Of a DNA stretch of 64,000 bases, positions 57,659 to 64,000 are shown one piece after another. The stretch comes from an uncultured Pelagibacteraceae bacterium. Lineage in GTDB: Bacteria > Pseudomonadota > Alphaproteobacteria > Pelagibacterales > Pelagibacteraceae. The stretch spans positions 5,996-69,995 of the forward strand of contig CABYOT010000006.1 of assembly GCA_902520695.1 (NCBI GenBank). The letters are read 5' to 3'. The stretch's first letter is position 1; every line of letters starts with the position of its first letter. The notes beneath the pieces were generated by a model, which made no database searches, was not told the origin of the DNA, and saw only the letters and a list, made by a program, of their open reading frames with translations. Made by a program: the position numbers and the translations under genes.

Positions 57659-58510
57659 TTAGATTATTTCATCCTTAATTGTATTAGATAAAGTGCCAAT
57701 TTCTGTGATTTCTATTTCAACATTATCTCCAGGCTTCATGAATATTGGAGGATTTCTTTTAAACCCTACACCTCCAGGCGTACCAGTGACTAATACATCC
57801 CCAGCTCTCCAAGCCATAGCTTTAGAAACATACGAAATTAAAATTGGAATATCGAAAATAAGTTGACTTAATTTTGCGTTTTGCATGACTTCACCATTTA
57901 ATCTTGTTTCAATTGTTAAATTTTTATAATCATTAATGTCTTCAGCTAAAACCATATGTGGACCAAAACTCCCTGTTTTTTCAAAGTTTTTACCCATCCC
58001 AAATTGTCTAGTATGTCGCTGCCACTCTCTTACAGTGCTTTCATTATAACATGAATAACCAATTATATGCTTTAAGGCATCCTCAGGTTTTATGTGTTTG
58101 CCACCTTCATCCATAATTACTGCCATCTCACCTTCAAAATCTAAACTTTGTGAAACAACAGGTCTTTGAATCGGCTGTAAGTGTGCAGTTTGACTTTCTG
58201 GAAATCGATGAAAAATTACCGGGTTCTCTTCAACTGTTCTGTTGGTTTCTTTAACATGTTCACTATAATTTAAACCAACACAAATAATTTTTCCAGGATT
58301 TGGAATTAATGGCAAATATTCAATATCTGAATCATTAATATTGCCTGGATTATTTGTTGCATAGGATTTTGCTTCTTCAATTCCTTGGTTTTGAATTAAA
58401 TCTTTAAGCGTATTAGAATTAGATACTTTTCCAGTTAGATCTGTAATTTTATTATTATTTATAATACCGAACTTATTTTGTTTATTATGTTTAAAAGAAA
58501 TAAACTTCAT
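57659..58510 (-). CDS. Fumarylacetoacetate hydrolase family protein
   Basis: KIICVGLNY..H, LDFEGE, GYSCYNE, GKNF, FGP, VTGTPGGVG. Confidence 0.93.
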   Translation of the reverse strand: MKFISFKHNKQNKFGIINNNKITDLTGKVSNSNTLKDLIQNQGIEEAKSYATNNPGNINDSDIEYLPLIPNPGKIICVGLNYSEHVKETNRTVEENPVIFHRFPESQTAHLQPIQRPVVSQSLDFEGEMAVIMDEGGKHIKPEDALKHIIGYSCYNESTVREWQRHTRQFGMGKNFEKTGSFGPHMVLAEDINDYKNLTIETRLNGEVMQNAKLSQLIFDIPILISYVSKAMAWRAGDVLVTGTPGGVGFKRNPPIFMKPGDNVEIEITEIGTLSNTIKDEII

Positions 58511-58528
58511 GATTAATACTTTCTATTT

Positions 58529-58570
58529 TTGAAACTACTTATATGTTAATGTTTAAATAATTTGAAGCAA
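58529..58570. promoter_or_regulatory. Overlapping divergent promoters of the aromatic cluster
   Basis: Plus strand TTGAAA-17-TTTAAA (58529-58557); minus strand TTGCTT-16-TAACAT (58570-58543). Confidence 0.4.
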
Positions 58571-58577
58571 CATTTTT

Positions 58578-59069
58578 ATGATTTCTAAAGTCAGTAAAGT
58601 TTTTGATTATTCAGCGATAGCTTCAGGTATTGTTTTGTTTTTATTAGCTGTATTAACTTTTTGTGATGTATTTGGAAGAAGGTTTTTAAATTCACCAGTT
58701 ACAGGCACAATAGAGTTAGTTGAAATAGGAATGGCATTAGTAGCTTTCCTTGCAATGCCGAGAGCGTTTTATTTAAATGCAAATGTTTCAGCAGATTTTA
58801 TAAATAATTTAAATTTGGGTACATTTAAAACCTATTTGGTAATTTTAAAATTTTTTTTAATGATATCGATTATGTCCTTAATGGCATACTCTACTACTTT
58901 GACATCATACAAATTTATGAACAATCAAAGAGTAACGATTGATCTAGAGCTTTATTTTTATCCTTTTTATTTTATATGCTCAATTGGGATGTGGTTAAGT
59001 GTTTTTGCTATAATCATATGGTTTATCAAAACTATTTTTATAATTAATTCAAAAGCTGAGAATTTGTAA
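58578..59069 (+). CDS. dctQ: TRAP transporter small permease DctQ
   Basis: TFCDVFGRRFLNSPVTGTIELVE motif; 4 TM helices. Confidence 0.9.
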   Translation: MISKVSKVFDYSAIASGIVLFLLAVLTFCDVFGRRFLNSPVTGTIELVEIGMALVAFLAMPRAFYLNANVSADFINNLNLGTFKTYLVILKFFLMISIMSLMAYSTTLTSYKFMNNQRVTIDLELYFYPFYFICSIGMWLSVFAIIIWFIKTIFIINSKAENL

Positions 59070-60379
59070 TGGGATTAGAGGCTGTGATTAATGGTGGATT
59101 GTCTTTTGCTGCTGTATTGATTTTGATGGTATTAAACGTACCAATAGGAATTGCAATGTTGGTTGTTGGTTTTACTGGCTTTGCAATGATTTCAGGATTT
59201 GACCCTGCAATATTTGTTTTGGGAACTGCTCCTTTTGATGCTGTCTCAAAATATACATTATCAGTGTTGCCTTTATTTGTTCTAATGGGAAATCTTGCCA
59301 ACAGTTCAAATTTATCAAGAAATTTATACGATGCAGCTTATGCAATAGTTGGCCATTACAAAGGTGGTTTAGCGATGTCTACTGTAGGCGCATGCGCTGG
59401 ATTTGGAATGATTTGTGGATCATCGATTGCAACAGCTGCAACAATGTCTCAAATGGCAGGCCCTGAAATGAGAAGACATGGTTACAGTGATGCCCTAATA
59501 AGCGGATCTATTGCATCTGGTGGAACGCTTGGAATCATAATTCCTCCGAGTGTAATTTTAGTAATATATGCTTATTTAACAGAACAGTCTGTTCAAGAAT
59601 TATTTTTTGCTGCACTAATACCAGGAATAATAGCAGTGGTACTGTATATGATTGCTATTAGGATTTATCTTTTAATTTATCCCTCACAAGGTGGTTATGG
59701 AACAAAAATGCCTTTGAAGGAAAGAATTTCTGCATTATCAAAAGTTTTTCCAATTTTTTTAATATTTGCAATCATGATGGGTGGACTTTATTTAGGTTTT
59801 TTTACAGCAACAGAAAGTGCTGCAGTAGGTGTAATTTTAGTTTTAATTTTTATTTTTTTTAGAGGTCAATTAAAATTAAGTTTATTGAAAGATGCTTTAT
59901 GGGCCACTATAAAAACTGTTGGTTCTTTATATTTAATTGTTATTGGTGCAAGTATATTTAACTATCTTATAACTGTCACACAATTACCTTTTGCGGTTGT
60001 TGATTTTATAAATTATCTTGAGCTTACTCCATTAGGAATAATTTTAGTAATTTGTGCAATTTATTTAGTTCTTGGCACTGTAATGGACTCTTTGGCAATG
60101 TTATTTTTAACTATTCCAGTTTTTTACCCAGTAATTATTGATGCTGGAATTGATCCTGTTTGGTTTGGTATATTTGCAGTAATAGTTGTTGAATTTGGAT
60201 TGATTTCACCTCCTGTTGGAATGAATTTATTCGTTATCAAAGGTGTAATGCAAAAAACACCTTTGCAAACTATATGGTTTGGCACTCTTCCATTCTTAAT
60301 GACTGACGTAATTAGGCTTGCTTTAATTATTGCTTTTCCTGCAATTTGTTTATATTTGCCTAGTCTGATGGCTCACTAG
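59069..60379 (+). CDS. dctM: TRAP transporter large permease DctM
   Basis: LPLFVLMG, ICGSSIAT, SGGTLGIIIPPS, ISPPVGMN. Confidence 0.95.
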   Translation: MGLEAVINGGLSFAAVLILMVLNVPIGIAMLVVGFTGFAMISGFDPAIFVLGTAPFDAVSKYTLSVLPLFVLMGNLANSSNLSRNLYDAAYAIVGHYKGGLAMSTVGACAGFGMICGSSIATAATMSQMAGPEMRRHGYSDALISGSIASGGTLGIIIPPSVILVIYAYLTEQSVQELFFAALIPGIIAVVLYMIAIRIYLLIYPSQGGYGTKMPLKERISALSKVFPIFLIFAIMMGGLYLGFFTATESAAVGVILVLIFIFFRGQLKLSLLKDALWATIKTVGSLYLIVIGASIFNYLITVTQLPFAVVDFINYLELTPLGIILVICAIYLVLGTVMDSLAMLFLTIPVFYPVIIDAGIDPVWFGIFAVIVVEFGLISPPVGMNLFVIKGVMQKTPLQTIWFGTLPFLMTDVIRLALIIAFPAICLYLPSLMAH

Positions 60380-60698
60380 TATCTTTTATTTTTTTTATAT
60401 AATTAAAATAAATTAAGCCAAAAACTGCACCTACAATCATTAAAATATATTGATAAAATTTTAATAATACAAACACTATTGGTAATTCTTTACCTGGATT
60501 CCGAGCATAAAAATTATCTGTACCATCTTTATATAAATCCATTGGACCTAAAGTTGCATATAAACCAAAGATAAATATATAAATACAGGGCAATAAAGAA
60601 ATAATTAATAAAATTCTATTTCCGCGAATTAATTTTATTAAATTTGCAGATACTCCTACTGAAACTAGACAAATTAGCGACAATATTAAAGGGTTCAT
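60360..60698 (-). CDS. Hypothetical membrane protein
   Basis: Three hydrophobic segments; TAATG coupling to the sulfatase stop codon. Confidence 0.6.
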   Translation of the reverse strand: MNPLILSLICLVSVGVSANLIKLIRGNRILLIISLLPCIYIFIFGLYATLGPMDLYKDGTDNFYARNPGKELPIVFVLLKFYQYILMIVGAVFGLIYFNYIKKIKDTSEPSD

Positions 60699-62281
60699 TA
60701 CCAAACTCCTATCATAATTCCATCATCTTTTGTATAATCTCTTTCTTTTAAAACAAATTCATCTGTTGCTGCAACCCTATTTTTTCTATTTGTAATTCTT
60801 TGAAGCAATATATCCTTCATTTCATCAATAATTTTTTTATGATCTGATGATTGTCCTAAATCATTGAATTCATCTGGATCATTTTTTAAATCAAATAATT
60901 GAGGTGGGAAACCTTTGTAATAAATATACTTCCATCTATCATTTCTTATCATATATGCTCTTGCATCTGATGCTCCAATATTAAGAATTTTTCTTGCTTC
61001 ATTAAATGAATAATCTATTTCACTAAACACACTGTTTTTCCAATTAGGGACTTTATTTCCTCTTATAATTGGTAGCAATGATTGACCCTCAAGACGATGT
61101 TTACTTACTTTACTATCTACAAAGTCTAAAAAAGTTGGAAGCAGATCAATAGCCTCTACAAATATTTTTTCTCTTACTCCCCTATTATTATCTGACAAAT
61201 TACTTGGATCATAAATTATCATTGGAACTTTAACAATTTGTTCATGAAAAAGCTCTTTTTCTCCTAGCCAATGATCGCCCTGATAGTCACCATGATCTGA
61301 TGTAAAAACTATCATTGTATTCTTCATATAATTTTTTTCTTCAAGAAAATTAAATAGTCTCCCAAGATTATCATCTATTTGTTTTATCAATCCCATGTAT
61401 CCTGAAAGAACAGTGTTTCTCACTTCTTCTCTTGAAAAAGTCTTTGAAATATTATTTTCCATGAAAGCTTTGTAGACTGGATGATCTATTTCTTTTTCAG
61501 CATTACTTCGATGAACTGGGTAAAATTGATTTGAGGAGTACATATTATGATAAGGTGCAGGAGCAATGTATGGCCAATGAGGTTTAATATATGATAAATG
61601 TAAAAACCAAGGCTTTTCTCCACTTTCCTGAATAAACTCCATTGATCTATTTGTCATAAATGCAGTTTCGGAATGTTCTTCTTTAACTCTTGCTGGTTTA
61701 TTTGAATTTCTTAACCTCCATCCACTCAAAATATTTCCACTTTCATCCTCTGATGAATTTGCCCAACTATCCCAAGGATTATCACCCTCATATCCAAGTT
61801 TATTTAGCCACTCATTGAAAGATAATTTTTTGTTTGAGTTTTTAATATGGTTATTTGGGTGAAGACCATCATCTCTTTCATAAGGCTCAAAACCTGGTTC
61901 ACTAACCGTCAAACCAATTTCTGTATCTTTTGAAATTCCAAGTCTATTCATTCCATCTGTATCGGGTCTCATATGTGTTTTGCCTACAACACCAGTCCTA
62001 ATTCCAGATTGCCTTAAATAATCTCCAATTGTTAGTTCACCGATTGGCAAAGGTATTTGGTTCCAAGTTGATCCATGACTAAATACTGTTCTTCCAGTAT
62101 AATAGGACGCTCTTGATGGGCCACAAACAGGGGCTTGGACATAAGCAGACTCAAACAAAACTCCTTTTTTTGCTAAACCGTCTATGTGAGGTGTTTTAAG
62201 GTGTGGATGACCATAACAAGAAAGATAATCAAATCTTAGTTGATCAGCCATTATAAATAAAATATTTTTAACTTTATTCAT
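60698..62281 (-). CDS. Formylglycine-type sulfatase/phosphonate monoester hydrolase family, cytoplasmic (arylsulfatase-like)
   Basis: NILFIMADQLR, CGPSR (CxPxR signature), GKTH, KPHWPY, SDHGD, EKE; no signal peptide. Confidence 0.9.
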   Translation of the reverse strand: MNKVKNILFIMADQLRFDYLSCYGHPHLKTPHIDGLAKKGVLFESAYVQAPVCGPSRASYYTGRTVFSHGSTWNQIPLPIGELTIGDYLRQSGIRTGVVGKTHMRPDTDGMNRLGISKDTEIGLTVSEPGFEPYERDDGLHPNNHIKNSNKKLSFNEWLNKLGYEGDNPWDSWANSSEDESGNILSGWRLRNSNKPARVKEEHSETAFMTNRSMEFIQESGEKPWFLHLSYIKPHWPYIAPAPYHNMYSSNQFYPVHRSNAEKEIDHPVYKAFMENNISKTFSREEVRNTVLSGYMGLIKQIDDNLGRLFNFLEEKNYMKNTMIVFTSDHGDYQGDHWLGEKELFHEQIVKVPMIIYDPSNLSDNNRGVREKIFVEAIDLLPTFLDFVDSKVSKHRLEGQSLLPIIRGNKVPNWKNSVFSEIDYSFNEARKILNIGASDARAYMIRNDRWKYIYYKGFPPQLFDLKNDPDEFNDLGQSSDHKKIIDEMKDILLQRITNRKNRVAATDEFVLKERDYTKDDGIMIGVW

Positions 62282-63354
62282 TATCTATTAAACATTTGTT
62301 TTAAACCGACAGTAGATGCCTGGCATATACCTTTTTCAGTAATTAAACCTGTTACATATTTTGCTGGAGTTATATCAAATGCTAAATTCATCGATTTACT
62401 ATTTTCAGGATAGATTAAAACTTTCTTAATATTATTTTTATCGTCTTTTCCCTCTATATGGGATAGTTCTTCAGAGTTTCTTTCTTCAATAGGTATCTTA
62501 TTATAATCTTTAGTTTCCCAATCAATTGTGGAGCTTGGTAAAGCCACATAAAAGGGCACATTATTATCATGTGCTGCTAATGCTTTCAAATATGTACCAA
62601 TTTTATTGCATACATCTCCAGTTGATAGAGTTCTATCTGTTCCAACAATGCACATATCAACCTCTCCTCTTTGCATTAAAATACCACCAGTATTATCTGT
62701 AATAATTGTATTTGGTATACCCTCTTCATTTAATTCAAACGAAGTTAGATTTGCCCCTTGATTTCTTGGTCTTGTTTCATCGACCCATACATGAATTGGT
62801 ATTCCTTTTTTATGTGCTTGATAAATTGGTGAGGTTGCTGTCCCCCAATCTATAGTTGCTAACCACCCTGCATTACAGTGAGTTAAGATATTAACAGTTT
62901 TATTATTTTTATTATAAATTTCTTCAATTATTTTTAGTCCATTAAATCCTATATTCTCACAAAATTTTACGTCCTCATCACATATTAATTTTGCTTCTTT
63001 TAATGCTACATCCAATAATTCATCAGGCTTCACAAATGATAATTTATTATTCATTCTATGAATTGCCCATTGTAAGTTTATAGCTGTTGGTCTTGAATTA
63101 ACTAATTCTTCTGAACTTTTTTTAATGAAATCTAAATTTTTATTTTCTTGTATTGCCAATACTATTCCATAAGCAGCAGCTCCACCAATAAGAGGTGCCC
63201 CTCTTACCTCCATAGTTTTTATTGCTTTTACTGCATCTTTTATTGTATTTAAATCTTTAATGACAAACTGATGTGGAAGTTTGGTTTGATCAATTATTTT
63301 TACTACATTATTTTCATACCAAATTGTTCTATATTTTTTTCCCTTTATTTTCAT
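62281..63354 (-). CDS. mtnA: S-methyl-5-thioribose-1-phosphate isomerase
   Basis: IDQTKLP, VRGAPLIG, RPTAINL, LTHCNAGWLAT, DETRPRNQG, VGTDR, NKIGTY. Confidence 0.95.
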   Translation of the reverse strand: MKIKGKKYRTIWYENNVVKIIDQTKLPHQFVIKDLNTIKDAVKAIKTMEVRGAPLIGGAAAYGIVLAIQENKNLDFIKKSSEELVNSRPTAINLQWAIHRMNNKLSFVKPDELLDVALKEAKLICDEDVKFCENIGFNGLKIIEEIYNKNNKTVNILTHCNAGWLATIDWGTATSPIYQAHKKGIPIHVWVDETRPRNQGANLTSFELNEEGIPNTIITDNTGGILMQRGEVDMCIVGTDRTLSTGDVCNKIGTYLKALAAHDNNVPFYVALPSSTIDWETKDYNKIPIEERNSEELSHIEGKDDKNNIKKVLIYPENSKSMNLAFDITPAKYVTGLITEKGICQASTVGLKQMFNR

Positions 63355-63999
63355 TTAATTACCCCAAACCACAGGAAACCAATCCTTTCTCATTTTATCT
63401 CCTGAATTTAAATCTATTCCTTTAAATGGTGGAGAAGTTTCTCCTTTTCTATCAATATATCTTACATCATCCCCAATAAATCTTGCAGAGAAAGCTTTAC
63501 GACTTTTTTTATCACTATTTCCTGAGGATGAATGTAAAACTTTAAAATTAAATAGTATTGCATCTCCCATATTAATCTCTTTACTAAAAATATTGTTTTT
63601 ATCTATATTTGGCATATCCATAAAATTCTTGTTATTTTTATACCAAAAAGAGTCATTTGACCATTTGGTAGGCTTAACTAACATTGGCAACTTATGTGAT
63701 CCTTTCAAAACTTTAAGGCAGTTTTCTTTTGATACATTATCTAATGGTATCCAGAAACTTCCTGTATCATTTCCATCTAAACAATAATACGGTAAATCTT
63801 GATGCCATGGTGTTTCTTTTTTTGTTCCTGGTTCCTTTAAGAAAATGTGATCATGAAATACTTGAATTTTATTAGATTGAGTTGTTTGAGCGACAATTTC
63901 TGCTGCTGGTGAATTAAAAATAAAATCTTTAAATTCTTCAATTCTTTCCCAATTACAATAATCTTCAAAAAATCTTCCTTCTTGTTGTTTTGAAATATT
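63355..63999 (-). CDS. Fe(II)/2-oxoglutarate dioxygenase, PhyH family (5' end outside window)
   Basis: Frame open to the window edge by manual translation: RFFEDYCNW, FHDHIFLKEPG, TPWHQD (HxD), WIPLD, distal H in LHSSSGN, RKAFS. Confidence 0.88.
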   Translation of the reverse strand, partial: NISKQQEGRFFEDYCNWERIEEFKDFIFNSPAAEIVAQTTQSNKIQVFHDHIFLKEPGTKKETPWHQDLPYYCLDGNDTGSFWIPLDNVSKENCLKVLKGSHKLPMLVKPTKWSNDSFWYKNNKNFMDMPNIDKNNIFSKEINMGDAILFNFKVLHSSSGNSDKKSRKAFSARFIGDDVRYIDRKGETSPPFKGIDLNSGDKMRKDWFPVVWGN

Positions 64000-64000
64000 T

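Noticed and set aside
347-60704. Longest-ORF starts at 347, 19823, 24243, 31167, 35583 and 60704
   Set aside because: They overlap upstream genes or precede the family N-terminus; replaced by 377, 19814, 24186, 31131, 35553 and 60698.
53307-62281. Naming the aromatic cluster mhp (3-hydroxyphenylpropionate), bph or a xenobiotic (dnt) pathway
   Set aside because: Family motifs do not fix the substrate, and the diagnostic mhpB (LigB-type), mhpC-F and Rieske dioxygenase genes are absent from the window.
198-63787. About 30 short opposite-strand or alternate-frame ORFs in the track (e.g. 1959-2285, 22530-22850, 23441-23908, 28137-28499, 52295-52705)
   Set aside because: They lie fully inside well-supported genes, have no motifs or RBS, and are typical antisense shadows.
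1-64000. tRNA, rRNA, CRISPR arrays, IS elements, integrases, defence systems
   Set aside because: No T-loop/cloverleaf, periodic repeat or transposase/recombinase/nuclease motif was seen by eye, and intergenic space is too small. tRNAscan-SE and Infernal were not run.

Overview
Very AT-rich (roughly 30% GC), extremely compact alphaproteobacterial chromosome segment. Gene content, synteny and tiny intergenic gaps point to Candidatus Pelagibacter / SAR11 (inference, no database search run). The left part is mostly core genes: purC-S-Q-L, bolA-grxD, rpsD, cimA, cysS, nadE, class II DAHP synthase, glmS with an acetyltransferase-only glmU, prpDBC, nrdAB with an NrdR box, dusA and rpoZ. The middle and right carry scavenging modules: a TRAP transporter with malonyl-CoA decarboxylase and a CoA-transferase; a TctCBA transporter coupled to a Tat-exported flavin amine oxidase; a polar amino-acid ABC system with no ATPase gene; a SpeD-SpeE fusion; and an aldolase-SDR fusion. 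The best candidate for an undescribed system is 53.3-62.3 kb: an MhpA-like FAD monooxygenase, a type I extradiol dioxygenase, an FAH-family hydrolase and a split TRAP transporter, flanked by a variant BKACE enzyme and an arylsulfatase-type hydrolase. This looks like a phenolic ring-cleavage pathway with no classical lower meta-pathway genes in the window. I saw no tRNA, rRNA, CRISPR, IS or phage genes.
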